DNA of 64,000 nucleotides from an uncultured Clostridia bacterium (GTDB lineage: Bacteria > Bacillota > Clostridia > TANB77 > CAG-465), in assembly GCA_944388565.1 (NCBI GenBank), contig CALXJG010000003.1, forward strand, positions 409-64,408. The letters are read 5' to 3'. Under the pieces are notes generated by a model. It saw only the letters and a list, made by a program, of their open reading frames with translations. It did no database searches and was not told the origin of the DNA. Shown piece after piece: positions 26,604-36,922 of the stretch (positions are counted from its first letter, which is position 1; every line of letters begins with the position of its first letter). The translations under genes and the position numbers were made by a program.

Positions 26604-27647
26604 TTATAAATTCTTATCTATATATTTTTTTCTTAATTGTCCACAAGCTGCATCAATATCAGAACCTAGTTCACGTCTAACAGTTGTAACTATACCACAT
26701 GAGTTTAAAGTATTCATAAAACTTTCTATTGACTTTTCAGTTGCCTTTTTATATTCTTTTTCTTTTATTTCATTAACTGGAATTAGATTAACATGAGCAA
26801 TCATTCCTCTTAATAGTTTAACAAGTCCCATAGCATCTTCATATGTATCATTTTTACCATATATAAGTGCATACTCAAAACTAATTCTTCTTCCTGTTAC
26901 TTTAATATAATATCTACATGCGTCTAGTATTTCTTTTATACTATATCTATTTGCAATTGGCATTATTTCTTTTCTTTTTTCATCAGTTGTTGCATGAAGA
27001 GAAATAGACAAAGTGCATTGTATATTCTCATCTGCAAGTTTGTATATATTAGGAACTAAACCACAAGTAGATAAACTTATATGTCTTGCTCCAATATTTA
27101 ATCCCATTGGATGATTTATTAATTTTATTGATCTTATAACATTATCATAGTTATCTAAGGGTTCACCTATTCCCATATATACAATGTTTGATATTCTTTC
27201 TTTTGTATATCTTTGTACTGTTTGTATTTGTCCTTCTATTTCACTTCCAGTTAAACTTCTTTCAAAACCTTCTTTTGTAGATGCACAAAATTTACAACCC
27301 ATTTTACATCCAACTTGAGTAGATACACAAATTGTATTACCATGATTATATCTCATAAATACAGATTCTATCGCACAATTATCTTGTAATTTAATTAAAA
27401 ACTTCATTGTACCATCTTTTTTTGATACTTGTGCTTCAATTATATCCATATTTAATATATATGCAGAAGCTTTAAGTTTTTCCCTTAAAGATTTAGAAAT
27501 ATCTGTCATTTCATCAAAACTTGTAACTCCAATCTTATGAAGCCATTTATATATCTGTTTTGCGTGAAATTTCTTTTCACCTATTTTTTCTATATATTCT
27601 TCTAGTTCTTCTAATAATAAATCGTTTATATTTATTTTATTTTCCAT
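26604..27647 (-). CDS. rlmN: 23S rRNA/tRNA (adenine-C2)-methyltransferase, radical SAM
   Basis: The [12 protein letters not shown] radical-SAM cluster and IPVN are present. Start set at MENKINI, preceded by GGTGAGAAA. Confidence 0.9.
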   Translation of the reverse strand: MENKININDLLLEELEEYIEKIGEKKFHAKQIYKWLHKIGVTSFDEMTDISKSLREKLKASAYILNMDIIEAQVSKKDGTMKFLIKLQDNCAIESVFMRYNHGNTICVSTQVGCKMGCKFCASTKEGFERSLTGSEIEGQIQTVQRYTKERISNIVYMGIGEPLDNYDNVIRSIKLINHPMGLNIGARHISLSTCGLVPNIYKLADENIQCTLSISLHATTDEKRKEIMPIANRYSIKEILDACRYYIKVTGRRISFEYALIYGKNDTYEDAMGLVKLLRGMIAHVNLIPVNEIKEKEYKKATEKSIESFMNTLNSCGIVTTVRRELGSDIDAACGQLRKKYIDKNL

Positions 27648-27767
27648 TTTCTCACCTAACATATTAATAATACTACAAAATACCCTTTTTTTCAAGTAAA
27701 TATAAATAGAAAATAATATATATATAATATAACATAAGCCACTTCAAAAAATTGAAGTGACTTTTTA

Positions 27768-29168
27768 TTAATTTAAAGCATTTACTAATTTTTTAAAAAG
27801 ATTTCCTCTCTCCTCAAAATTCTTATACATATCAAAAGATGCACTAGCTGGAGACATTGCAACAATATCACCAGATTTAGCTATAGAATTTGCATATTCT
27901 ACACAACTTTTTAAATTATCAAACCTTTTAATATCTATTTTTTCATTATTATTGTTATTATTTAATTCTTTTTTAACTGCATTTTCTATTTTATCAGAAG
28001 TATCACCAACAAGTATTAAAGATTTTACCTTTTCTAAAATACATTCTCCCATAACATCATAATCTATATGTTTATCATAACCGCCTGCAATAAGAATAAT
28101 TTTCTTATCAAAAGCTTTTAATCCTGCCATTGTACGAGTAGGTGTGCTAGCTATAGAATCATTATACCATTTAACGCCATTTATTTCTTTAATAAATTCC
28201 ATTCTATGCTCTACTCCACTAAACTCCTTTATAACTTCAACTATATTTTCTACTTTTACTAATCCCCATACCACTGTTATTGCAGTACATATATCTGCAA
28301 CATTATGCATTCCTATAAGTTTCATATATGAAATAGGACAAATTTCAATATCCTTTCCATCTTCACTATAATAAAATTTATTGTTTTTGCAATATGCTCC
28401 ATTTTCAACTTTTTCTTTTATACTAAATTTTCGTATAATTCCATTTTTATTTGTAATTTTTGCGAGTTGTTCATTTTTCTTGGTATACATATCATCTTCA
28501 TTAAATACTACGATATCATTTTCTTTTTCAAATAAAAATATCTTTGTTTTGGCAGATATATATTCCTCATAGCTTCTATGATAATTTAAATGATTTGGTG
28601 ATATATTAGTTATAGCTGAAATATTTGGGCTTTGTTTCATAGTCATAAGCTGGAAACTACTTAATTCTAAAACTGCTATATCATCTTTTTTTATATTATC
28701 AATCTCAGCAAATAGCGGTATTCCTATATTTCCACCAAGCCAAACTTTATATCCTGCTTTTTCTAAAAATTTTGAAACTATAGTAGTAGTTGTTGTCTTA
28801 CCATCACTACCAGTTATTCCAATAATTTTACAAGGACATAATTCCATAAAAAGTTCTATCTCTGATGTAAGTACTACTCCACTTTTTTGAGCATCTTCTA
28901 TTTCCTTTATAAAAGGTTGAATCCCCGGTGAACGTAATATATAGTCCATATCATTTAAATTTTTTAGGTTATCTTCTCCTAACATAAAAGTTATATTATT
29001 AAGCTTTTTTAATCTTTCATCAATTTGTGTCTTTATATCATGTGCATATATAATAGCACCTAATCTATGTAAATATTCGATAGCTGGTATATTACTAATA
29101 CCAAGACCTAATACTGCGACTTTTTTTCCGTTTATATTACTTTTAAATTCTTCTAATTTAGTATTCAT
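27768..29168 (-). CDS. murD: UDP-N-acetylmuramoylalanine--D-glutamate ligase
   Basis: 466 aa with an N-terminal Rossmann motif (VLGLGISN) and ITGSDGKTTTT. Confidence 0.88.
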   Translation of the reverse strand: MNTKLEEFKSNINGKKVAVLGLGISNIPAIEYLHRLGAIIYAHDIKTQIDERLKKLNNITFMLGEDNLKNLNDMDYILRSPGIQPFIKEIEDAQKSGVVLTSEIELFMELCPCKIIGITGSDGKTTTTTIVSKFLEKAGYKVWLGGNIGIPLFAEIDNIKKDDIAVLELSSFQLMTMKQSPNISAITNISPNHLNYHRSYEEYISAKTKIFLFEKENDIVVFNEDDMYTKKNEQLAKITNKNGIIRKFSIKEKVENGAYCKNNKFYYSEDGKDIEICPISYMKLIGMHNVADICTAITVVWGLVKVENIVEVIKEFSGVEHRMEFIKEINGVKWYNDSIASTPTRTMAGLKAFDKKIILIAGGYDKHIDYDVMGECILEKVKSLILVGDTSDKIENAVKKELNNNNNNEKIDIKRFDNLKSCVEYANSIAKSGDIVAMSPASASFDMYKNFEERGNLFKKLVNALN

Positions 29169-29505
29169 ATTACCCCAATCTCCTTTTAGTTATATTATAT
29201 GATAAAAACTTTCATAATTCAATAACTAAAAGAACTTTTTAAAAATTTGATGAAATATTTGTCGTATTTATATTAACAATATTATTTTAAATATTTAATT
29301 TATTATAATATAACTGAATAAAACTAAATAATTTGGGTATAATAATTAGAAACAAATATGTTTAAATGTATATTTGTATAATTTCATAAATGATTTTTAA
29401 ACTTTAAGATAAAAACATTTTTGAGACTTTTTATCCTATGTTTTACTACAAATGTGCTATGTAAAAACATAATTAATATTGATATAATAAAAAAAGGTGA
29501 TAAAT

Positions 29506-29913
29506 ATGACAAATAATTTAAGAAGCAATGATCTATTAACGTTTGGAAATAATGTTAAAAATTACAGATTGCTAAAAGGCTTAACTCAAGAACAACTTGC
29601 TGAATCAATATCTATCTCTACTGTGCAACTTGGTAGAATTGAAAGTGGCAAGAATGCTTGTACTATTCAAATGGTGCTAAAGCTATGTGCAGCACTACTT
29701 GTTACACCAAATGATTTATTTTATGGTATAAATAGTATACCTTCTAGCAATGATGTAAATGCGTCTTTTAATAGTTTCATTAATACACATGATATACATA
29801 GTAAAGAAACTAGACAATTTTTAAAACATATATTAGATTATTTTCCTATCAAAGATATACAAAGTAAAGACTTTGAATCTTTTAGCATACCTAAAAAGGC
29901 TAGAAAAAAATAA
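29506..29913 (+). CDS. XRE-family helix-turn-helix transcriptional regulator
   Basis: FGNNVKNYRLLKGLTQEQLAESISISTVQLGRIESGK is an HTH_3 motif. ATG at 29506, preceded by AAAAGGTGA. Confidence 0.8.
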   Translation: MTNNLRSNDLLTFGNNVKNYRLLKGLTQEQLAESISISTVQLGRIESGKNACTIQMVLKLCAALLVTPNDLFYGINSIPSSNDVNASFNSFINTHDIHSKETRQFLKHILDYFPIKDIQSKDFESFSIPKKARKK

Positions 29914-30168
29914 TTATTATGTTCAATATAATTATATTACAACTAAATGTTAAAAAATGTCGAATTTTGTAAAAAAAGTAAAAAATAATTTCATTGTTTT
30001 TTATTAATCTGTTTACATTTGCATATCTATGTAACTAAAACAAAAGACTACATCTTTTTAGATGTAGCCTTTAACATGCCTATAAACTAATTCTAGTATA
30101 ATATGAAATATATTTTAAATACTATAACCAGCTTCTTAAATTCTTTTTTAATACTCTCTTTTAATGGT

Positions 30169-30384
30169 TTAGTCTCTCCCTGTTATCTCAACCTCATTAA
30201 GATCACCAGCATAATCATATGATATACAACAAGTTCCCTCTTTACATCCTGCCTTATTACCTTCTGAAGAGATATTTACCTTTATACTTTCTAGCCTACA
30301 TGTTGAATCATCAATACAATTGTGAAGACAATCTGTAACTCCACACATAATTTTTTGAGAGCATTTTGTATTTTTTTCTGACAT
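30169..30384 (-). CDS. DUF1540-like small Cys-rich protein
   Basis: 71 aa with two repeats of a C...C..N/C pattern (CGVTDCLHNC, CKEGTCC). Confidence 0.55.
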   Translation of the reverse strand: MSEKNTKCSQKIMCGVTDCLHNCIDDSTCRLESIKVNISSEGNKAGCKEGTCCISYDYAGDLNEVEITGRD

Positions 30385-30507
30385 TTAAATCATCTCCCAA
30401 TTTTATTATCTGTAATATAACTAACTTTTATAATGTAAATTTTTTGAAAAATAAAATATTATTGTAATTATATGAAAAAAGCCTCTTTAAAATAGAGGCT
30501 CTTTATG

Positions 30508-30600
30508 TTATTTTTCAACATGTTCTACTGTTTTAGCTATCACTTCATTTTTGTTTTGTTTAGAATTTTGTTTTGATTTATTCTTTGCTTTTTTACTCAT
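30508..30600 (-). CDS. Small basic 30-aa ORF (MSKKAKNKSKQNSKQNKNEVIAKTVEHVEK)
   Basis: Manual translation. RBS GGGTGAT lies 5 nt upstream. A hairpin (agcctct/agaggct plus T-run) at 30478-30506 sits just downstream on the minus strand. Confidence 0.4.
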   Translation of the reverse strand: MSKKAKNKSKQNSKQNKNEVIAKTVEHVEK

Positions 30601-30644
30601 TATTATCACCCAGTAATAGTATGTGAAAATAATAATCTTTTATT

Positions 30645-31097
30645 CTATATTTCTAAATTATTATTTTTATTTAGCATTAATTCAATTGCTTTTTGTGATA
30701 AATCAATACATCTAGAAATTTGTTCTTGCATTAATTTTCTTTTCTTCTTTCCAAATAAAGTACCTTTCATTTCATAATATAACACAGAATAATTTTCTTT
30801 AGCAGTTATAAATTCCTTAGTATTACAAGTATCAATATTTTGAGGTCCTTTTATTTCACATTCTCCAAGTAATTCTATTGCTCCATCATTTTTTACTTTA
30901 AATAATAATTTTCTATCAACAAATAGAAGAGACCTTTTATCATGTAAAGTATTTAAAATTAATATTTCATCCTTATATGGATAAACTTCTAATAGCCTTT
31001 CAAATTCGCCTAAATCTTCTTTAGTTTCTCCAATTTTTCCATCAACAACATATTTTAAACATTCTAACATTTTTTCTGCTCTTCTATCTGTAAGCAT
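30645..31097 (-). CDS. Hypothetical protein
   Basis: 150-aa ORF with RBS GGAGGCGGG. I recognise no family. Confidence 0.5.
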   Translation of the reverse strand: MLTDRRAEKMLECLKYVVDGKIGETKEDLGEFERLLEVYPYKDEILILNTLHDKRSLLFVDRKLLFKVKNDGAIELLGECEIKGPQNIDTCNTKEFITAKENYSVLYYEMKGTLFGKKKRKLMQEQISRCIDLSQKAIELMLNKNNNLEI

Positions 31098-31160
31098 ATT
31101 CCCGCCTCCATAATATAATTATAACATATATAAAGATTTAATGAAACAAATTTTATTAAA

Positions 31161-32795
31161 TTATTTTTTTGTTTTTACATTTTTAATACTATCTCTTAAT
31201 TTTCTATGATAAGTAATAGTAAATCTATGAACTTCATCTTGTAAAAAAGTTAAAAAATTAAGTATATTTTTATGATTAGTTAAATCTATTTCTTCTCCAT
31301 TAGAATCGATTAACCCTCTTGTTCTATGTTTATCATTTTTAACCATACCATATAAATTTGTCTCTTCATCTGCTTCTTTAAAAGCTTGCTTTACGGCTGA
31401 CATTTGAGTTTTACCACCATCAAGAAATATAACATCAGGAAGTGGCCACTCTTTTACATGTTTTAGTCTTCTTGATATAATTTCGTACATACACTTAGGA
31501 TCATCTTGAGTTTGTGTACTTTTTATTTTAAATTTCCTATACATCTTTTTATTTAATTTTCCATCTTCAAACCTTATCATACATCCAACAATATATTCAT
31601 TTCTTAGATTAGATATATCATAACATTCTATTGTATCTAAACCTTGCGAAAAACCTAAAAGTTCAGCTAAATCTTCCATAACATTATTTTTCTTATCTTC
31701 TATGTTAATATTAATGTTATTTTCAACCATTTTAATAAGATTAGACTTTTCTCCTCTTTTTGGACAAAATACTTCTAATTTTATCTCTTTACTTTTAAAG
31801 TAATCATTTAAAAGGTTTACTTTTTCATCTTCTAAATTAATATATACTTTTTTAGGCATATCTTCGTTTTCTAGATAATATCTAGTTACAATTTGTACTA
31901 ATGTATCTTCTAGTTCATTTTTCTCGAAATCATTTATTTCAATATTATCATTAAGTACTACTTTATAATTCCTTATTTTAAATATTTGTATATATAATGT
32001 AGAATTATTAGCAACATATCCAAATATATCTGTACTATTTTCATTTAAGTTTGAAACATTTTGTTTTTCTTTTAATTTATCTATATTCTCAATTCTTTCC
32101 TTTAAAATCTGAGCCTTTTCAAAATCAAGCTTTTCTATACATTCATCAATTTCCTTTTTTAAAATATCTTTAATTTCTGAATTTTTTCCTTGTAAAAATA
32201 ACACAATTTGATTTATCATATTTCTATATTGTTCTAAATTAATATCATTTATACATGGTCCTAAACATCTTCCAATATGATAGTATAAACATGGTGCTTT
32301 TAGTTTCTTTTTTTCCAAATTAACTTTACACCTTTTAACAGGAAATATTTGCTTTATTGCAAGTAAAGCTTGTCTCATAGCACCAACATTAGTATATGGA
32401 CCAAAATACATAGCACCATCTTTTTTCATCTTTCTTGTTACTATTATAGTTGGATAAGTTTCTTTTAAATTAATTCTAATGTATGGATATGTTTTATCAT
32501 CTTTTAGCATTACATTAAACTTAGGATTATTTTCTTTAATATAGTTACATTCTAAAGCCAAGGCCTCAACTTCATTATTTGTCACTATATATGATATATC
32601 TCTAATTAATGTAACCATTTTTTCAATTCTTGGCGTCTTATTATTTTTTTGAAAATATTGACGTACTCTTTTTCTTAAAGAAATAGCTTTTCCAACATAT
32701 ATTATTTTACCATTTTCATCTCGCATCATGTATATTCCAGGGTTGTATGGTAAATTAGAAACTATATTTTTTACATGTTCTGTTGGATAACTCAT
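31161..32795 (-). CDS. uvrC: Excinuclease ABC subunit C, lacking the C-terminal (HhH)2 domain
   Basis: GIY-YIG (PGIYMMRDENGKIIYVGKA), a UVR domain, and an EndoV-like domain ending in EVHRFTITYHRKLRDS followed by a stop. Start set at MSYPTEH. Confidence 0.85.
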   Translation of the reverse strand: MSYPTEHVKNIVSNLPYNPGIYMMRDENGKIIYVGKAISLRKRVRQYFQKNNKTPRIEKMVTLIRDISYIVTNNEVEALALECNYIKENNPKFNVMLKDDKTYPYIRINLKETYPTIIVTRKMKKDGAMYFGPYTNVGAMRQALLAIKQIFPVKRCKVNLEKKKLKAPCLYYHIGRCLGPCINDINLEQYRNMINQIVLFLQGKNSEIKDILKKEIDECIEKLDFEKAQILKERIENIDKLKEKQNVSNLNENSTDIFGYVANNSTLYIQIFKIRNYKVVLNDNIEINDFEKNELEDTLVQIVTRYYLENEDMPKKVYINLEDEKVNLLNDYFKSKEIKLEVFCPKRGEKSNLIKMVENNININIEDKKNNVMEDLAELLGFSQGLDTIECYDISNLRNEYIVGCMIRFEDGKLNKKMYRKFKIKSTQTQDDPKCMYEIISRRLKHVKEWPLPDVIFLDGGKTQMSAVKQAFKEADEETNLYGMVKNDKHRTRGLIDSNGEEIDLTNHKNILNFLTFLQDEVHRFTITYHRKLRDSIKNVKTKK

Positions 32796-32862
32796 AATAA
32801 TCCTCCTTATATACAGCAAAAGAGGGTCATATATACCCCCTTCATTATACAATTTTAATTAA

Positions 32863-33117
32863 TTACTCAGCCTCATTATATTTTTCAATAATAGCGTTTT
32901 GTATCATCTCTCTTGTTTCAGTGTTTATTGGATGAGCAATATCTTTGAATTCTCCGTTTGGAGTTTTTTTGCTAGGCATAGCTATAAATAGTCCTTTATC
33001 ACTTTCGATAACTTTGATGTCATGTATAACAAAAACTTCGTCAATTGTTATAGATGCTATAGCTTTCATCCTATTTTGAGAATTAATTTTTTTAACTCTA
33101 ACGTCTGTTATTTGCAT
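32863..33117 (-). CDS. spoVG: Septation protein SpoVG
   Basis: 84 aa. [11 protein letters not shown]....[21 protein letters not shown]...FIAMPS. Confidence 0.92.
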   Translation of the reverse strand: MQITDVRVKKINSQNRMKAIASITIDEVFVIHDIKVIESDKGLFIAMPSKKTPNGEFKDIAHPINTETREMIQNAIIEKYNEAE

Positions 33118-33252
33118 ATTAGTACACCGCCTTCCCTAAACGTATATCTATATTATTGCACAATAAATTTTCAAAGTCAATACCTTGTTTACAATAAAAT
33201 CCAATTTTTTCACAATATTCCAGTATTCGACAATACTCGACAAAAATACTAA

Positions 33253-33939
33253 TTACATATATAATATACGTGTTCTTTTTATTTCAAATTCAATATTTTC
33301 ATCGATAAACTCTTTATAACCAGATAAAACAAATTCTGGTTTTAAATTAGTTCTAGAGCCAGTCGCAACTGTTATTTCAAGTTTTCCATCTAATGTAAAC
33401 TCATAATTTATAATTTGTGTTTTTACATCGATTCTCTCCATCCTATTTTTAGATTTCTTTAGTACCAATATATTTCTTTGAGATAAATATTTTTCCATAT
33501 CTCTTTGGTATTTTGCTTTTATATTTTCAATTTCTTTTAAGTTCTTACCTTCTAATTTTTCTTTTGGGTATATAAAAGTTATAAGGTAAGTAGCAGCATA
33601 AACTCTAGACATTAGAGCTTTTTCATTTAAATCAACATATTCTGCTGAAAGTATTGTAATTCCACTTGGTAAAACTTTATTTAACTCTTTTATAAAATAA
33701 GGTGGATCTAACTCTTCTGTTAAAACTATATCAAATATCTCACCTGTGCTTTCAATCCCAACAGATAATGGATGTGCAAATGTTATTTCTGGTCTTGGAT
33801 TAAATCCTTTAGAATATTCTACTGATATTCCTGCCCTTATTAGTGCTTGCTGAATCACTTTTAAAGTGTCTAGATGAGATAAATATATTGCTTCTTTTGA
33901 TTTACTATATGTAACACGTAATTTTTCCATTTTTTTCAC
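33253..33939 (-). CDS. TIGR03936-family (DUF2344) radical-SAM-associated protein
   Basis: 228 aa. YLSHLDTLKVIQQALIRAGISVEYSKGFNPRPEITFAHPLSVG. Confidence 0.65.
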   Translation of the reverse strand: MKKMEKLRVTYSKSKEAIYLSHLDTLKVIQQALIRAGISVEYSKGFNPRPEITFAHPLSVGIESTGEIFDIVLTEELDPPYFIKELNKVLPSGITILSAEYVDLNEKALMSRVYAATYLITFIYPKEKLEGKNLKEIENIKAKYQRDMEKYLSQRNILVLKKSKNRMERIDVKTQIINYEFTLDGKLEITVATGSRTNLKPEFVLSGYKEFIDENIEFEIKRTRILYM

Positions 33940-34027
33940 CTCAACCTGTTACGATTATACCACACATTTGCACAAAAAGCAAAAATTTGTCTAAAAAAAC
34001 ACAAAATAAATAATTATATAACACTAA

Positions 34028-34066
34028 AAAAATCGTTGATTACAATTGTAATTTCAACGATTTTTA
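34028..34066 (-). terminator. Hairpin terminator after the FAD oxidoreductase gene
   Basis: aaatcgttga-ttacaattgtaatt-tcaacgattt, flanked by A and T runs on both sides. Confidence 0.65.
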
Positions 34067-34076
34067 TTTTAGAAGG

Positions 34077-35303
34077 CTATCTATTTATTTTAAACATATT
34101 CATATCTTTTGTATATAATCCATGTATTGCATTTTTTAACATCTTTGCTCCAATAGCACTATATAATATCCCATTACTTCCAAATCCAAGATTGCAAAAA
34201 CAATTTGGCATATTAGGAATTTCATCAATTATTGGTAAATTATCTTTAGTACTCACAAATGTTGAACTATATGTATAGTCTATGGGGATATTATCTTGAG
34301 TATTAAATATTCTTAACATTGAATTATACAATCTTTTGTATTTATCTGATGAAAAATTCTCCATATATTTATCATCCATAAATCTAGGTGTATACTTAGC
34401 ATTTTCGCCACTAAATATAATTCTACCATTATTATCAAATCTTATATAATGGTATGGATCTAAACTATCTCTTGCTGTAAAATTAATTTTTCTATCACTT
34501 AAGTATTCTTGATCTATAAGTGGTTTTGATACAAGTGTAAAAGTTTTGTATAAGTCTACATTTATATTTCCTAAATATTTTAATGTATCTATACCAGAAG
34601 TAAAAATAACATTTCCTGCAGTTATTTTAAAATCATTATTTGTTCTACATTCAACAAAATCATACATTGGTGTACATTTTTTAACTTCTGTATTTTCATA
34701 TATTCTAACATTTTTAAAAGTAGATAAATATTCAAAAAGTCCTTGTGTAAACATATATGGATTTATAATTCCACTAGCATTTTTTGTAAGAATTGCACTA
34801 GATACATTTAATATATTATGTGAATCTAATAAAGCTGCATCAAACCCAGCCTTTTTTCTTACTTCAAATTCTTTTGACATATTTGATTTTTGCATATATT
34901 TATTTGTAAAATATATAGCATCTTGTCTTTTATACCCTGTGTTTTTATCAAATTCTTTATCTATTTCTTCAATTATATCTATACCATTTAAACATAATTT
35001 ATATATTCTTTCTGCACCTTTTACACCTAAAATTTTCTCTAGTTTATACATATCCATATCAGACTGATATTCTAAAATAGCTGGTGCTGTTAATGTTGTT
35101 CCATATCCTATTATATTTTTTTCTACTACAGTTACTTTAACTCCTTCTTTAGCTAAGAAATATGTAGTAAGTGCACCTGTTATACCTCCACCTATAACTA
35201 ATACTTCTGTAGATATATCATTTGTTAAATATGGATATATTTTTTGTATTTTTGTTTTCTTTTTCCAATATATTTCACCATCTGTTTTTTGCACAAAATT
35301 CAC
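34077..35303 (-). CDS. FAD-dependent oxidoreductase (DAO family)
   Basis: 408 aa. VLVIGGGITGALTTYFLAKEGVKVTVVEK is a dinucleotide-binding fold. Confidence 0.75.
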   Translation of the reverse strand: MNFVQKTDGEIYWKKKTKIQKIYPYLTNDISTEVLVIGGGITGALTTYFLAKEGVKVTVVEKNIIGYGTTLTAPAILEYQSDMDMYKLEKILGVKGAERIYKLCLNGIDIIEEIDKEFDKNTGYKRQDAIYFTNKYMQKSNMSKEFEVRKKAGFDAALLDSHNILNVSSAILTKNASGIINPYMFTQGLFEYLSTFKNVRIYENTEVKKCTPMYDFVECRTNNDFKITAGNVIFTSGIDTLKYLGNINVDLYKTFTLVSKPLIDQEYLSDRKINFTARDSLDPYHYIRFDNNGRIIFSGENAKYTPRFMDDKYMENFSSDKYKRLYNSMLRIFNTQDNIPIDYTYSSTFVSTKDNLPIIDEIPNMPNCFCNLGFGSNGILYSAIGAKMLKNAIHGLYTKDMNMFKINR

Positions 35304-35402
35304 CTCTTTTAGTATTTTTAACCTTTTTTGGTAAATTTATACATAAAGTTTTATTTGAATAAATTATATTTTTTTACACAAAATAAAAATGAGGTGAAAA
35401 AT

Positions 35403-36341
35403 ATGTATATCTCAAGAAAAAGATTGCTAATTATGTCAATAACGATACTAATGATGTTATTACTTTCAAAAATTTTTGGCTATGCTAGCAACACATTTGA
35501 TACAAAATTTGGTACTTTAACTGAAAGAGTAAATTTTAGAAAAACTGCAAATACAGAAAGTTCAAGTATTATCCGTACATTACCTCAAAATACCAAAGTA
35601 AAATTAGTAGGTGATATTGATAACTTTTATATAGCTTTTTTAGACAATAATGAAGTAGGACTTATATCAAAAGATTATACTAATATAAACGAAAACTCAA
35701 TAGATACATTTGAAGCATATAAAAAACTTGATAAATTTATGGCTGAAGTAATTAACAACGGTACTAATTTAAGAGGTGGCCCAGGAACAAATTATTCTAT
35801 TTATTCTACTTTACCACTAGGTGTAAAAGTTCAAGTTATTGGTAGTATTAATGATTGGTATCTAGTAATAACACCAAATAATACGGTTGGAATGATAAGA
35901 CAAGATTTACTAAAGAAATCTGAAAACGAAGAAAATAATAATGATACTTCATCTACGTTGCCAAACACAGCTGAAACTGTATTAAGCCTAATCAATGAAG
36001 AAAGAAAAGCACAAGGTATCACACCTTTGCAAATAGATGATTTATTAAATAGTACAGCTCAAACAAAAGCAACTGATATGGTTAAAAATAACTATTTTTC
36101 ACATGAGTCTCCAACTTATGGTTCACCTTTTGAAATGATGCAAAATGCAGGTATTACATATAGAACAGCAGGTGAAAATATAGCCGGGAACCCAAGTGTT
36201 GAAAATGCTGTTAAATCATGGCTTGCATCTGAGTCACATAAACAAAACCTTTTATCAAACGCATACAACTATATTGGCATAGGCATTGAAGAAAGTCCTG
36301 CCTATGGTTATGTTATTGTTGCAATGTTCATTGGTAGATGA
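35403..36341 (+). CDS. Secreted protein with two SH3b domains and a CAP/SCP (YkwD-like) domain
   Basis: Signal/anchor, then two copies of (V/T)N(F/L)R....., then NEERKAQGITPL...YFSHESPTYGSPFEMM...AGENIA...SWLASESHKQNLL. Start set at MYISRK, preceded by GAGGTGA. Confidence 0.75.
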   Translation: MYISRKRLLIMSITILMMLLLSKIFGYASNTFDTKFGTLTERVNFRKTANTESSSIIRTLPQNTKVKLVGDIDNFYIAFLDNNEVGLISKDYTNINENSIDTFEAYKKLDKFMAEVINNGTNLRGGPGTNYSIYSTLPLGVKVQVIGSINDWYLVITPNNTVGMIRQDLLKKSENEENNNDTSSTLPNTAETVLSLINEERKAQGITPLQIDDLLNSTAQTKATDMVKNNYFSHESPTYGSPFEMMQNAGITYRTAGENIAGNPSVENAVKSWLASESHKQNLLSNAYNYIGIGIEESPAYGYVIVAMFIGR

Positions 36342-36395
36342 ACAAACTAGAGATGTATAATTAAGTTTATGCATCTCTAGTTATATATATAAGGG

Positions 36396-36821
36396 CTATA
36401 TTAACTTGAATTCTTTATCAGTTAATAGAAAAAGAGAATCTTTTTCGTAAGTTGAAGAAAGAAGTATCCTTTCTTCATTATTTAATAATATAGTTTTATA
36501 AAAATATTTTAAATTTGACTTATAACTAGTACCATGAGTTATTTCTTCTAAAACTATAACATCTACTATCTTACCTACTACATATTTGCTTTCCTTAAAA
36601 GTTAATTTAGAGTTTTCTTCATTTTCAACATATACTTTATTTTCTCCAAATGATACTCTTAGCGTTATTTCCTTATCATTTGGATTAGTTTTCTTATCTG
36701 TTATTATTCCTTCATTATCAACGTAAAACTTAACATCTTTAAATTCTATGTCAAATATAAATTTACAATATTCAGTATCATTTTTTTCTTTATATGTAAA
36801 GGCCTTCATTACTTTTTTCAT
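36396..36821 (-). CDS. Hypothetical protein
   Basis: 141-aa ORF with RBS AAGGAGGAAAA. I recognise no family. Confidence 0.5.
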   Translation of the reverse strand: MKKVMKAFTYKEKNDTEYCKFIFDIEFKDVKFYVDNEGIITDKKTNPNDKEITLRVSFGENKVYVENEENSKLTFKESKYVVGKIVDVIVLEEITHGTSYKSNLKYFYKTILLNNEERILLSSTYEKDSLFLLTDKEFKLI

Positions 36822-36922
36822 TATTTTTTCCTCCTTATCAACTTATATATACATATAATAACACAAGGAGTGTGTCGAAAAATGTAAAAAAAGCGAAACG
36901 TGTCGATTTTTTTTACATTTTA

